A DNA stretch of 64,000 nucleotides from NCBI GenBank assembly GCA_036785375.1, contig JAWMAR010000079.1, positions 1,116,001 to 1,180,000 of the forward strand, read 5' to 3'. Origin of the DNA: Leucoraja ocellata (taxonomy: Eukaryota). This document shows, in pieces, positions 47,330 through 61,049 of the stretch. Position 1 is the first letter of the stretch. Every line of letters starts with the position of its first letter. Made by a program: the position numbers and the translations under genes. The notes under the pieces were generated by a model. That model had not been told where the DNA came from and did no database searches. It saw nothing but the letters and a program-made list of their open reading frames with translations.

Positions 47330-48437
47330 GATGAGAGCCCATGGTATCAAAGGGCAGATACTAGTATGGATAGCAGGTTAGCTGGATGGCAGAAGCCAGT
47401 GGCAATAAAGGGGGCGTTTTCTGGTTGGCTGTCACAGCTAGCAAAGTTCTGCAGTGGTTGGTGCCGGGGATGCTACTCTTCACTTATATTCGTGATTTGG
47501 ACGAGGGGATTGAATGTTTGGTGGTCAAGTTTGTGGATGATATGAAAATAGGTGGAAGCAGGGTATTGTAGAGGAAGCAGGGACTCTGCAGAAGGACTTT
47601 CACATGTTAGGAAAGTGGGCTGAGGAGTGCGAGATGGAATATACCATTTGTAGCAAAGTGTGGAGTCATGCATTTTGGCATTTAGGAATAAAGGCATGGA
47701 CTATTTTCTAGATGGGGAGATAATTCAGAAATCCGAGATGGAAAGGGACTTGGGAGTGCTGGTGCTGGTTCCAAAAAAGTTATCCTGCAAGTCGGAACGG
47801 TAGTAAAGAAAGCGAACTCAATGCTGGCGTTTATTTCAAGAGGGCTTGTATACAAAAGCGGATGTAATGCTGAGGCTCTAATGTGCTGGTAAGGCCGCAT
47901 TTAGAATATTGTGAGCAATTTTGGGCACAATATCTGAGGAAGGATGTGCTGGCTCTGGAGGAGGTTTACAAGATTGATCCCAGGAATGGGTAGGTTAACC
48001 TATGGTGAGCATTTGTTGGCACTGGGCCTGTACTCACTGGAGTTTAGAAGAATGAGGGAGGACCTAATTGAAACATACAGAATAGTGAAAGGCTTGGATA
48101 GAGTGGATGTGGAGAGATGTTTCCACTAGTTGGAGTCTGGGAGTAGAGGTCATAGCCTCAGAATTAAAGGGTGTTCTTTTATGAAGAAGATTAGGAGACA
48201 TTTCTTCGGTCAGAGGGTGGTGAATCTGTGGAATTCTTTGCCACAGAAGGCTGTGGAGGCAAAGTCTGGATATTTTTTAAAGCAGGGGTTAATTCTTGAT
48301 TAGTACAGGTGTCTGAGGTTATGGGGAGAAGGCTGGAGAATGGGGTTAGGGGGGAGAGATAGATTGGCCATGATTGAATAGCAGAGTAGACTTGATGGTC
48401 CGAATGGCCTAATTCTTCTTCTATCACTTATGACCTT
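47330..48437 (+). mobile_element. Degenerate CR1/HER1 LINE, about 1.1-kb 3' fragment
   Basis: LLF(T)YIRDLDEGIEC.V.KFVDDMKIGG (decayed FADD motif), [26 protein letters not shown]; frameshifted. Confidence 0.9.
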
Positions 48438-49077
48438 AAATCTTTTATAAAGTAGCAAGTTATCAAAATCTTGCAGACTGCTAACTAATTTTATCAGTGA
48501 TCTTAGTTCACTGGGCTGTCAATTGTTGACTCATTGATTCTTAATTGGCTAATTGATTGAACCCTGAAAACAGAAGAGTAGAAGTGTTCATCAGCCTGAG
48601 CGACTGTTGCCATCGTGGTCCCAAATGGGACATTGTTTTATTAATATCTTCAGCTGAGAAACAAACTTGTTTTAGAAATAAAGCAGAGCTCAACCAGGCA
48701 AACTCCAATGAATGGACACAAAGCTGGAGTAACTCAGTGGGTCAGACATCATCTCTGGAGGAAAGGAGTTGGTGACATTTCGGCATGATTGTGTTGTTCC
48801 CTCGGCACCCATGGCACCTGAGCAGAAGCCAGTCCCCTTCATCCCAACGGACTGACGACAGGTAACTTCCTGCGCGGTGGAGAGCAAACTGGATCAATTG
48901 GTCATTTTATTACACATCTAATCCTTTGTAAATCTATTGGGGATGGAAAAGCTTGAGATGCTGTAGGATATACAGGGGGTGTAGGTAATGTGATGTATAT
49001 CCTGGAGGAATCCCAGCAATGAAGTAGAGCTTTAACGAGACACATCAGCCTGATGCTGTCTCTTCATCAGACATAAG

Positions 49078-49256
49078 AGAGACACAAAATAATGGAGTAA
49101 CTCAGGGGGATAGGCAGCATCTCTGGAGAGAAGGAATGGATGACGTTTCTGAAACGCCACCCATTCCCTTCTCTCCAGGGATGCTTGGCCCGCTGAGTTA
49201 CTCACAGTATCTTGTGTCTATCTGGTTTAAACCAGCATCTGCAGTTCCTTCCTACA
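49078..49256. repeat. Fold-back of Penelope-derived terminal repeat
   Basis: AGACACAA..GAGTAACTCAG..GGAGAGAAGGAATGGATGACGTTTC mirrored by GAAACGCCACCCATTCCCTTCTCTCC..CTGAGTTACTC..TTGTGTCT. Confidence 0.8.
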
Positions 49257-52200
49257 CTCTTCATCACACCTTATCTATGACACTGCACGCTACCTTCTCA
49301 CAAGAAGTAGCAAGTGTCCTGTAACATTTTGCAAACCCCGAAGTGATGTAAATCGTAACCCCAGGTGGTAATGTGTAAGCCAGCTTTCTCCACATCTAGG
49401 TGCTCTTCTGCAGAACATCCTCTTCACCTTGTCAGTTGTCAGTGGGAAAAGATGCCTCGGGCATTAACTTAAACATGCAGGGGGCAGCAGATCACACAGT
49501 AAGTACTCGGACCTGCCCTGAACACTGCAAATGCGATCATAGCATGTATCATTGGAGCGCAGGCACGAGCAATTGCACTGTTGAATGTGATATTAACCCT
49601 AAAACAGGATGATCTCAACCGATGGTGTTAAGAATCTTTAAATTAATACCGCACACTTATTTTTCCCTAAAGGTAGTTAATTTGGTCTGGGCTGGTATCT
49701 GCTGGGAGTGCAACAGAGCAAAGGGGGACGTGATTGAAACATAGATACTGAGATGTCTGAGAGGGTGGGTGCAGGGAGAATGTTTCCTCTTGTGGAACCC
49801 AGAAATAACAGGTCACTATTTAAAAACCAAGTTCTCCCATTTAAGGTAAAGATGGGATGATTTATTTTTGGGGATCATTAGCCTTTGAAACTTTTTTTAA
49901 TTTTTTTTAAAAAGGTAATAATGCAGAATCTTTGATTAAAGTTAGAGATTTTTGATAAATAAGTGGGTGAAAGGTTAGATGGCAAATGTGGAATTGAGAT
50001 TACAATCAGATTGGCTGCGCTCTTATTAAATGACAGAACAGGTTGAACAGTGTGGAGAAAGTCTGAGGCCTGGAGTAGATCAGTCATAAACATATTGAGC
50101 AGCAAGTCGGCTATGAGAGTGTGCAGACATTGGGAGGCAGGAGATTGAGTTCCATTGCTATCCATGTACCTGTCCAAATGTCTTTTAAACATACGGTAAT
50201 TGTACTCGCCTGTACCACGTCCTCTGACAGTTTGTTCAATATATCCTCCACCCACTGAGTGAAAACCATCCCTCGGGTCCTCTTAAATCTTTCCTCTCTC
50301 AGCTTATATCAACACCTGACACTTCAAAAAAGAAGGTACACAAGAACAAGTACACAACCCTTCAAGAAGGGTTTCGGCCCAAAACGTTGCCTATTTCCTT
50401 CGCTCCATAGATGCTGCTGCACCCGCTGAGGAAGCAGTGCTGGCATATTCAAACAGTGTTGAGAAGGTAGCTGGATAAGCTGAAAGGAATGAATTTGCAG
50501 GGCATTTGGGAGAGGGCAGGATGTGGGACTAGTGGTATTGCTGTTGTGTGAGCTGGTATGGACAGAGGGGGGTGGGGGCTTCCTTCCCCACGGGAACGAT
50601 TTGGCGATTTAATGGCCCCCTAATTTGAGATTCTCCAACAGGGGAAACAGAGTTTCATCATTTATCCAATAAATTCTACTCAGAAATTTATATATTTTAA
50701 CGAGATCATCTCCCAAACTCTCAAAGGATCAGTCTTGTAGTATCTATTCGATCATTTGGATTGTGTTCACAAATGTAAGTAACATGTAGATCTATCAACA
50801 ACACATCCTTTATTGAAGAGACAAAAGACTGCAGATGCTGGAATCTGAAAAATAAAATGCTGGAGAAACTCAGCAGGTCAGGCAACATGTGTAGAGGGAA
50901 ATGGACAGATGATGTTTCAGTCTGAGAAGGCTGCTGACCATTTGTCCATTTCATCCACAAATGCTGCCCGACCTACTAAATTCCCCTTCCCTTTAGTGAA
51001 AGTAGTTAGCACTCATTGAACACCAGTGGCTGGCCCAGCAATGTTGCAAACAATTCATACCACATTGTGCATGCAGTTCTTGAAATTGTATTTGTGTTCA
51101 TTTATAAAACACTTGAATTTTGAAACCCAGTAAACCTTCATTGCACCACCCCTAAACCAATAATATGCTTTAAAATTGAGATCCAAATTAAAAATAAAAA
51201 ATAAAAACAGAAGTAGGAAATGAAACGGGTTTTAACTGCATTGGAAAGAAAGAAGGAACAGGGAGAATAGAAGGAATGGGTGTCGGGGAGAGAGAAAATA
51301 AGGGAGAATATGTTTCTCTGCTTTTCTGGTAATTTCAGATTTAGATCATCTATTCCTGCTCCTTCGGTCACACCTTCTCTCTGACAGCATCATAAACACT
51401 TCTGTCACCTAGGCACCACTATCCTCTAGCTGTCAAAGACCTTTGCGTTTATTCCCTCTGTCCCTCCATTCCCATTTATTCCCTCTGTCTATTCCCTCCT
51501 TCGTCTGCAGCTAACATTTGCTCCATATCTACTGTAACGTTAGATGGAATGTCAGTTTCTCTGTAACAATAACACTAAAAAGCTGTTACATTATATTCTG
51601 CTTTTCTCTTTACACTACCTACTGCGTGTGGCTCGATTATGCTTATAGTAAGATTTAATTGGATAGCATACACAAGTTGAAAATAATAAACCAAAAGTAA
51701 CAGCAAGGTAATTGAGTTGAAATGTAACAATTTCTCCTGGTGCTGCCTGACTGGTAACTTTTTATAAGATTTTCTGGCTTTATTTCAGATATCCAGCATT
51801 GACAATATTTTGTTTTTGAAAGCGAGAATTATGATTGGCCATAGAATTATTACTTCAATTAACAGTTTAAGAGACAGATCCCGTCTTCATTAAACATGGA
51901 GAGCTTATTTACCAGGCAAAAAGGGAAACGTTTTAATCACACACTAATTACATGCAATTTGTGTAAGCAAATTAGCATATTAAAGTCATATAATTATCTG
52001 ATTGTAAATAATACTGAATCTTGAGAATGTAGGCTATTAGAAACGATGTTAATTGAGGATGCTGATTGGAAATAAATTGCGAGTCTAATTGATTATGGGA
52101 ACTGTCGTATAATTCATTGTGGCAAGCACAGATAAGCTGTTTGGCATCAGCCACACATCAGCAAGTAGGGAATGGTGATCAATTTATTTCCTCTGTGCCT

Positions 52201-52263
52201 CCTCCAGGTTTTAATTTGAATGCATCATTTACATATCACCGTACACAATTCCTGCTTACAGTG

Positions 52264-52770
52264 CAGGAAGGAACTGCAAATACTGGTTTACACCGAAGGT
52301 AGACACTACATGCTGGAGTAACTCAGCGGGACAGGCAGCATCTCTGGAGAGAAGGAATGGGCGACGTTTCAGGTCCAGACGCTTCTTCAGAATGAAGGTC
52401 ACGGGAAAGGGTTATGGACGATGATGTAGAGCGATATAGAACAACGAATTAAAGATATGCAAAAAGTAACAATGATAAAGGGCACAGGCCGTGGTTAGCT
52501 GTTGGGTGAAAATGAGATGCTAGTGCGACTTGGGTGAGGGAGGGATGGTGAGAGAGGGGATGCCGGAGTTACTTTAGAGAAGTCAATGTTCATGCCTGTT
52601 CATATGTTGAGGGCTGTAAGCTGCTCAAGCGAAATATGAGACGCTGTTCCTCCAATTTGCGTTTAGCCTCACTCCGACAATGGAGTAGACCTAGGACAGA
52701 AAGGTCTGTGGGAATGGGAAGGAGATTCTGAATTAAAGTGTTCAACAACCGGGAGATCAGGTAGGGAGAT
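52264..52770 (-). mobile_element. Penelope-like element 3' end (GIY-YIG C-terminus plus terminal repeat with hammerhead-like core)
   Basis: Minus strand PDLPVVEHFNS...SHRPFCPR / EAKRKLEEQRLIFRLSSLQP; CTGAAGAAGCGTCTGGACCTGAAACGTC at ~52363-52390. Confidence 0.75.
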
Positions 52771-53389
52771 CACTGCCCTGTGCCACCCACAACTACATAC
52801 AATGTTTTATTTGCTGTTGTGCCATGTCTCATTTCCTGCGACATCTCCCCAGCCCCACTCCACTTCGAGCTGCCTCCTGCATCTCACATCTTGTCTCGAT
52901 TCAAATGCGTTTTGACAGTGGGATAATAATCTAAAGCATCTTGGAGGCTCCTCTTCAGATAAGTGTAGCACTTAATTACTGGTATTTCAATTTTGACTGC
53001 CACATGGGTACAATTACTCTACCATTCGTGCAGTAACTAAGTTTCACTTTGACTTCAAAAACATTACTGGACTTTAAAAAAAAATGTAAATACATCAGCA
53101 TTGAAACACTTGTTTAAGGTTATTTCAGTTAAGAGAAGGAAACTGACTATAATTATACTCAGCTGACATGAAATCAATCTCCCTAACATTAAACAGATCA
53201 TCACCTGATCTGACGAGACAAATCCAAATCCGAGCTCCGATCCAATAAACTTGAACAGGATTTGACACTTCAAACACACTCCCATTTTTCCTTCTGAGAT
53301 GACAAACCCACATGACATTCCTCACATGAAAATATTATGATGTACAACTGAAGGAGTGCCGTGTCTTCACTCTGCTGAGACTTTCCACC

Positions 53390-53635
53390 AGGGTCCCTGT
53401 GGCACTATTTTGGACAGTAGCACAGTGTTTCCTGAGGCCTGGTCAATGTCCCCCCCCTCAATCACCATCATTAGAAAGGTCACATCACTAGTCACTGTCA
53501 CTTTCCTGATAGTGGCAACTTGCTTTGTGTCAATTGGAGGCCAGATTACTTCCAACAATTGTCTGCACTTCAAGTTGTATTTCATTGAGCATACAGGATT
53601 TTGGGAAGTCCTGAGGTTCCAAAGCTACTAAATAA
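53390..53635 (+). mobile_element. Deu-domain SINE remnant (SacSINE1/AmnSINE1-like)
   Basis: GGCACTATTTTG...CCTGGTCAAT..CCCTCAATCACCATCA...CTTGCTTTGTGTCAATTGG...CACTTCAA..TTCATTG..TTTGGGAAGTCCTGAGG. Confidence 0.65.
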
Positions 53636-55059
53636 ACTGTTAGCGTCTCAATCACTTTGCAGGGAGTGCTCATTGATGACGGCTGTAAAATGCACTGATG
53701 ATGCTACTTTGTGCTACAAAATTATCATTTAGTGATACATTTATATTTTCTAAATCCATTTATATCGGGTTTTAAATGTTTTATAAATTCTCATCTGGAT
53801 TACTTTGAGCTTCCACATTCCACCTTCCGCCTGTGCCTGTAGTGTCAAATCTCCAAGTTCAGCAACTCACTTCTTAATCCTCTCTACACTCCTTCCTTAA
53901 AATTTACATCTTTAAACATATTTTCGGTCACCTCCTCTAATATCTCTCTCTCTCGGCTCCGTTTCAAGTTTTGCTTAAAATAGTTTCTTCAAAGTACCTT
54001 GAAATGTTTTTTAATGTTGTAAATGAGGGAAACTGTTCCTGCCCCGTGTTTCCTTCAGAAGAACATTACCTTGGAGAGATTACTCCACAGATAAACCCGA
54101 TACCCTGGCTTGGAGAGTGAACTATGAGGATAGATTTGATCAACGTAGCTTGTGCTCTTCTAATCCCTTTATCCCATTTAGATGCTGAAAACGTTCAAAG
54201 GATTTGAGAAGGTAGAAGTAGGAAAACTGATTGGGAAACTGTAATAACTTAAAAGTACCATTCAGAAGAGGCATGAGGTAGCAACTTTTCATTCAAATGT
54301 CTGAAGAAGGGTCTCGATCCAAAACGTCACATATCCATGTTCCTCATGGATGCTGCCTGATCTACTGAGTAACTCTATCACTTTGTGTCTTGGATTGTAT
54401 TATGTTGAGTACCATCAAAACACTGCACTCTTTCCTTTTCTTTTTTTTGTGTGCTGCCGATTGCACGGGTATGATTTGATTTTACTCATGTATGGTATGA
54501 TCTATCTAGATAGCAGGCAAAACAAAACCTTTCACTGTCTCTCAGTTCAGGTGACAATAATAAAAGGTGTGGAGGAAAGGCACGTAATGGGGTTCTAACG
54601 TACCAGGCTGATTATCCTGCTCCTGACCTAACTGAGAGCTTTAGCATCTTGGCACAAGCAGGGCACAAAATGCTGGAGTAACTCAGCAGGACAGGCAGCA
54701 TTTCTGGAGAGAAGGTATGGGTGAGATTCTGGGTCGAAACCAGAGTCTGAAGAAGGGTCTCGACCCAAAACGTCACCAATGCCTACAGAAGCGGAAAAAC
54801 TATCTTTAAATTCACTCACTTCTTCCACAATGGAAATTGGTCAGTGTGGATAAGGGTAAATTATTTTATTTTGGTTCTGCTTAATGGTCCTTCACCTCTT
54901 CTTTCCCCAGTTCATGGTGAATATACAAGATTGACTTTCTGTTCTCACCCTGAAGTTAAATCATGAATCGACCCTCCTACCAAATTCCTCCCCTCCATCA
55001 CCTGCACCTGGTCTGATTCTTTTTCCCCTTCTGCTATCTAGATTTCCTTGGATAGTCAA

Positions 55060-55310
55060 GCAGCCACATCCATTATATGTCAATGTTGCAACTAGATTGT
55101 GAAATCCGAGCCTACATCCCCACGTTCCACACCTATGCTTCTAAAATGTGTTTCTCCTCTGCTGAGGATTCTTCTCCATCGTCATTGACAGGAGCCTCAA
55201 TCCATTCATTCCATTTCTCGCAAGTCTCCTCCCGGCATCCTCCCTCCCAGAACCAGGACAGGGTTCCTCTTAGCCTGACCTTCCACACCTGCAGCCTCCA
55301 CACCCAGCTG
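55060..55310 (+). mobile_element. Penelope-like RT C-terminal remnant
   Basis: ORF 55077..55370 contains QNQDRVPLSLTFHT.SL. Confidence 0.6.
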
Positions 55311-57328
55311 TTCCTCGGTCATGTCTGTGAACCAGGGCTTGTGATGGAGACTCCGCTTCCCAATATTTAGCTGCAAGAGACCTCTGCTCCTCAACTACTG
55401 GAGTTCAGACGTGCAATCTGACATTTTGGAGAAATCGTAATCGAAAATCTCGGGTGACTGGGCACATTCAGTGCAGTATTTTCAATCATTACATACAACA
55501 GAGCAACAGAGCAACTGCCCTTCAGGGAAACAACTTGTTTGTACCAGTGTTTCTGGCTGATACATTCATTGATTTCTGGTAATCATTCTCGGCAGAGGTC
55601 TTTATCCAAGAACACGTCCACCTCACTCTTACTTGGTGATCCAGTCCAGTGTAGCATCACCTGCCACCAGTGTATATTCTAAACCAGTGTATTTACCCAA
55701 GCCTCTGAACGTGATTTTATTTTTTTGGTGAGTTCACAGACAAAACAGCCCACCTTGTCTTAATTAAAAATGGACTTAATTTAAATTGTTGAATCCTAGC
55801 ACTGTCTATAAAACTATTTGTGGGTAAAATTTGAGGTGCTTTGTGTTTTATTCTTTGCTCCTTTGAGCTTTGGGCTTTCTTTTTGTCTTTACACTTTTTT
55901 TTGTTTGTTTTTATATATTGAATGTCTGTTTCTTGTTTATTGCAGTGTCTACTTAGTACTATGTTTGCATATCTGTTGTGCTCCTGCAAGTAAGGGTTTA
56001 ATTGTTCCGTTTCGGGACCAATGACAATAGTGCACTCTTGACTCTCTTTAGGTCTGGGCACTGATCCAGAGAAATGAGTTGAAATCCCAGCTTGTCTCAT
56101 GAAGGCAAGATGCCAATGTTGGATGATCAGATCATCACTGCAGATAGGATGATTAGATCATCACTGTTTCTGGCCTTTCACAACCTCTCCAATGATTTCA
56201 ACCTGGAATTTACTCCCAGCATTTTAGTTTGGCTTCTGTTTATTAAAGTAATAGTTAATGAAAGGGGAGCGATATACTCATAGCCTCAAGGGACTGCAGA
56301 TGCTGGAATCCTGAGCAAAACACAAACTGCTGGAGGAACTTAGTGGGTCAAAAGCTTCTGTGGAGGGGGAAGGACAATTTATATTTTGGGTCGGGTCTCT
56401 TCTTCAGGCTTACAAGGAAGGACAAGTAGCTGTGGTAGCGAGTCTGAGTGAGAACACGTTAGCAGAGCAGCAGGAATCACAGATGGGGGGGGGGGGGGGT
56501 TGGGATGGGAGGTGGATTGTGAGAGAGGGTCTCGTCAGAGTGAGGAGGACAACTTATTCAAAGTGGCCATACTTTGCGGAGATTTCACTGTGGTGCCGTA
56601 ACATGGAACGTTCTTCAGTCTGAAGGGTCCTGACCCAAAACATTATGTCCTTTTCCCTTCACAGATGTTGCCTGACTTGCTGAGTTCCTCCAGCAATTTG
56701 TTTTTTTTTTGCTCAACACTAACAGCTACTTCATCAGTAAGCTATCAAAATAAACTTAGTTGATAATGTGTGTCGACCTTCAGATTTCTGACAGAGACTT
56801 GTGTGAAAGACATGCAACAAAGGTGAATGTTCATGAATCATTGATGAAATGCTAAATTGGACAGGGAATTGCTTTGACACGAAGAGGCAGAGAGCAATCA
56901 TTAAAGGGTTATTTAAATTGGGCTGCGGTGACTAATGGAATCCCAATGGGAAGGGTTGTACAGCCTCGGCTGTCCAGAATATTTATTAATGAGCCACAGT
57001 CTCAGTGGAGGATGTGTAATTTTGTGTGGGAATTAAGATATACTGAGGAGAAGGGCTTTGTTTAAAGAGCTTTGCACAATTCAGTGGTGTTTAGCATTCA
57101 GTTTTGATTGACATGATGCACAAAGGCACATAACAAATTGCAGTAGTCAGTGCGCTGGGTAACAATGAAGGCCACAGAGATGGAGAGGGTTGGAGTGCAG
57201 CATTGTACAACAACACAAAGGCAATAAACGGACTGGGTGGTTCCAAAGTTAATTTCCTTGTGCGCTGTTGGGTTAAAAAAAACAATAGTCAATCGCCATC
57301 CCTTGACGTTCATTGTCATTCTCATCAG

Positions 57329-57457
57329 CAGTGGCGGTCTGGCAAGGGTGTCAGCTTGCCCGATGGCAAGTGGGCCCCCTATATCAAGTGGGCCCCTGAT
57401 GAAGTGGGCCCCCTTTGTCTCCTGGCAACCAATATTTTTAGACCCAGACCGCCACTG
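57329..57457. mobile_element. 129-bp hAT-type MITE
   Basis: Perfect 14-bp TIR CAGTGGCGGTCTGG / CCAGACCGCCACTG; exact 8-bp TSD CTCATCAG (57321-57328, 57458-57465); three internal AAGTGGGCCCC repeats. Confidence 0.92.
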
Positions 57458-58264
57458 CTCATCAGCAAATCTCCCACCATTAATATGCTCAGATTCACCA
57501 CTGACAGGACACCTGATTGTAGCAGCTTCATAAAAGCTGCAACAGCAGCGGCAGATCACAGGCTCGGCAGCTACTCGCCTCCTGACCCGGCAAAGACAAT
57601 CCACTATTCGTGACAGTATTCTCTCTCGTTGCCTGGGTATGGGTCACTCCAACACCACAGTAACAACCTTTAGGCGGCCTTATGAGGAGAAAGCAGGAGA
57701 ATGGAGAGGATAAATAGATCAGCCATGATCATAGGCACGATGGGCCGAATGGCCTAATTTTGCTCCTCTGTCTTATGGTCTTATTTAGATAGGTATATGA
57801 ATAGGAGCTGCAGGGGATGGAGGGATATAAACCATGTGCAGGCAGATGAGTTCAGTTTAAATTGGCATCACCGCACATGGTGAGCTGAAAGGCCTGTTCC
57901 TGTGTTGTATTGTTGTTCATTCAACTTTCCTAGCGCATAAGCAGCTTGTCCTGATCCATGCTGAAGTAACATTTTGTATCAGTTTCCGATTCAGCACTTC
58001 AAATGTAACTCCTTTGACTATAGCTCATTGGTACGTTCTACAAGACACAATGCTGCTACACCAAGGCTTAGAGCCGTAATCATGTAAAATGTAAACACTG
58101 ATGGACCATCAAATATCCACTTGCATTAATCCCATTTTGTTCTCCCACATTCCCATCAATCCAGCCCTCCCTCCCCACTGTCTGATTCTACCACTCACCA
58201 ACACATGAGGGGCAATTATTTAGTGGCCAATTTGCCTAGGAATCTGCTGTCATTAGGATATGGG

Positions 58265-58472
58265 AGGTATGTGAGTGTTTGACGGTCCTGGGCCTGTATT
58301 CGCTGGAGTTTACAAGAATGAAACTTACCAAATAATGAAATGCTTGGACAGAGTGGATGTGGAGAGGATATTTCCACGAGTGGGAGAGTCCAGGACTAGA
58401 GGACATAGCCTCAGAATTAAAGGATGTTTCTTCGGGAAGGTGATGAGGAGGAATTTCTTTAGTCAGAGGATG
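58265..58472 (+). mobile_element. CR1/HER1 LINE fragment
   Basis: [33 protein letters not shown]. Confidence 0.8.
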
Positions 58473-59013
58473 GGTAGGTGATGGATGAGATCTTTATTCA
58501 TCCGAGTATCAGAATAATTCAAGGTATGCCTAAACGCTCGTCATCTCACTTTAAACTTGGAGCATTGATGCGTGTAGAGTTAAGGAAGTGTGCAAACGAA
58601 AATGTAAAACACACCATGAGGTGAATTTCTCTTCATCTGTTAGCTGCCATTTATTCATTTCGTTAAACATCTGAATTGATTATTGACAATTCAATCAAAT
58701 AATTTGGGCTTGACTGCCAGAAGTGAATGCATACAGTATATTTCAGTGAACTTACAAAGAGAAAATGCTGAACTGTCTGCAGTCAAGCATCACCTGTCGG
58801 AAAAACACTGAATGAATGCATGGATGCACAGTCATTCCCTCTTTCTCCACCATTTCCTCTCTCTGCTACTTAAAACCCCTTTGCACTTCTGATGCAGGGT
58901 CATTCACCTGGAATATTCACTCTGTTCCTCTCTCTACACACGCTGCCTGACCGGTTCAACATTTTCAGTTCATGTTTCAGATACCCATCTGAATTTCTTA
59001 GGAAATTCCATCT

Positions 59014-59225
59014 GTAGGAAGTAACTGCAGATGCTGGTTTAAACTGATTATAGACACAAAATGCTGGAGTAATTCAGCGGGACAGGCAGCATCTCTGGAG
59101 AGAAGGAATTGGTGACGTCTTGGGTCGAGACCCTTCTTCAGTCTGAAGAAACGTCACCCAGTGCCACTCCTTCTCTCTAGATATGCTGCCTGTCCCGCTG
59201 AGTTACTCCAGTGTTTTCTTGTATC
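59014..59225. repeat. Fold-back of Penelope-derived terminal repeat, followed by an HE1/V-SINE fragment (~59255-59435)
   Basis: CTGGAGTAATTCAGCGGGACAGGCAGCAT mirrored by ATGCTGCCTGTCCCGCTGAGTTACTCCAG around TTCTTCAGTCTGAAGAA. Confidence 0.8.
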
Positions 59226-61049
59226 TACTGGCACGAGCTCTTGCATATCTAAAAGGCAGCTCGTAGAGCATCAGGGACTTGGGTTCAACCCTGTCCATCG
59301 TTGCAGTTTGTGTGGAGTTTGCACGTTCTTCCTGTGGCCTCGTGGGTTTCCCCGAAGTGCTCCAGTTTCCTCCCACATCCAAAAGACAGGTGGATTGGTT
59401 GGTTAATTGGCCACTATAAATTGCTCCTAGTATGTCGGCGACGGATGGAGTGCCAATCATGCAGGCAACTTTGTCCTGGGTAGTGTCGAGCTTGTTGAGA
59501 GTTGTTGGAACTGCACTCGTCCTGGCCAGTGATTAAGATTCAGTCACACTCCTCACATTTCAATGGGGGAAAGGCATTGGGATAAGGTGAGAGACTTGTC
59601 AAATAATATTCCACCTTTGAATTACTGTTGCAACCACAGTATTTATGTGGCTGGTCCAGTTGAGTTTTTTGCTAATGGTGATCCCAAGAATGTAGTCAAT
59701 GGGAAACTTGCCACTTGTAATGGTATTGAATGTCAAGGTTCGGCTCATCGACTCCATGGTTGAAGATGGCAATTTTGGGGCATTTCCACGATCAACACAT
59801 GACTTGCCACTCCCTTTCCTGAACGTTGTCTTGAGCTGACGCCCAACACGATTGCATTTAGGTAGTATTATCATTGTAGTAAAAAGTCCAACAAGACATT
59901 GAAATTAAGACACACAAGGGAAAGAGGTGGATTTTAAAGAACACCTCGGAGGACCATAGAGTGATGGTCTGGATGTTTTGACATTTGGTTCTGAATTTCT
60001 GTTGAAACATTTACATCAAGAACCAGAAATTATGCTTGTTGGAACTAATTTATTTTACCATTAGGCACCTGTAACATATCACCACAGGAGCTGAACAGGA
60101 AACAAACTTAAGAAATGTACTTCATGTCACCAGCAGTCATGTCCCATCCTTTGTGATGTGAGCTAGGAACAGGACTCGTGCCTGAACTTGTCTGAATTGG
60201 GAATTATTCTAACTACAACAATATTAACCCTGTTGAAGTTTGTTTTCATTGTCAGGAAAGAAACGACATGCAAAATTAATCGGGCTGTGAATCAAGAAGG
60301 GAGTCAGTTCCCAAAGGCTGAGATGTTGCTTCGATCTGACACTATGTCTGATGCCAGGGAGCTAATCACCTGGCTTCAGTCATCCAAATTTCCAGATTTT
60401 TTAAAATTCGCAAATTGACCACGGAATTAATTAATTTTCTTCCCATCTTTCCCAGGAGAGGTTGCGGCTGTAGATGAGAGGGGAATATCTGTATCTCAAG
60501 CTACTGAATAGGACAGATTAATTAGACCAGAGAGATTTTCTCTCACTGTCAATCTGATTTCCGCAGGGAAGTGGGCGCTGGAGATTGTTGCTGAGAAATT
60601 AATTACTGATCAGTAGCACCAAGGGCACTGTGAGGTTGTGTCAGTACTTTATAGTCTGCCTCTGAAATTCAATATGTTGGCTTCAGTGACTTTCAGAAGC
60701 AGAGTGGGATGGTGCTGACAGATTGCAGAACTGGTTCGGAGGCAGAGGCTGGGCTGATGTTCTGTGCATGTCTCAGCACGTCTCGCAGTGATGCTGAGTG
60801 AGCGATAAATATTGGCTGGCATTGTGGGGTCTCTCCTGCTCTTCTATGACATGCTCATTGAGATACAAACAGGTCCTTGCCTCATTAAGTCCTCACTGTC
60901 TAACACACACCAATTTACAATAATAACATTCTCCACATTTTTTCATCTTCCCACATTACAGGTAATTTATACCACTAATTAACCTGGCAAACTGCATGTC
61001 TTTGCAATGCAAGAAGAAACCAGAGTACACAAGGGAAACCCAAATGGTC

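Noticed and set aside
48785-48870. GC-rich exon-like stretch ending in CAG|GTAAC
   Set aside because: No clear acceptor, no homology and no partner exons; unsupported
51434-51445. CAAAGACCTTTG as a third micro-palindrome
   Set aside because: Only 5-bp arms and no flanking duplication; expected by chance
53367-53585. ORF ending in GPWWKV, considered as an exon of a neighbouring gene
   Set aside because: It overlaps a recognisable Deu-domain SINE on the opposite strand
57098-57613. Overlapping 98-168-aa ORFs
   Set aside because: They span a GC-rich hAT MITE and resemble no protein I recognise
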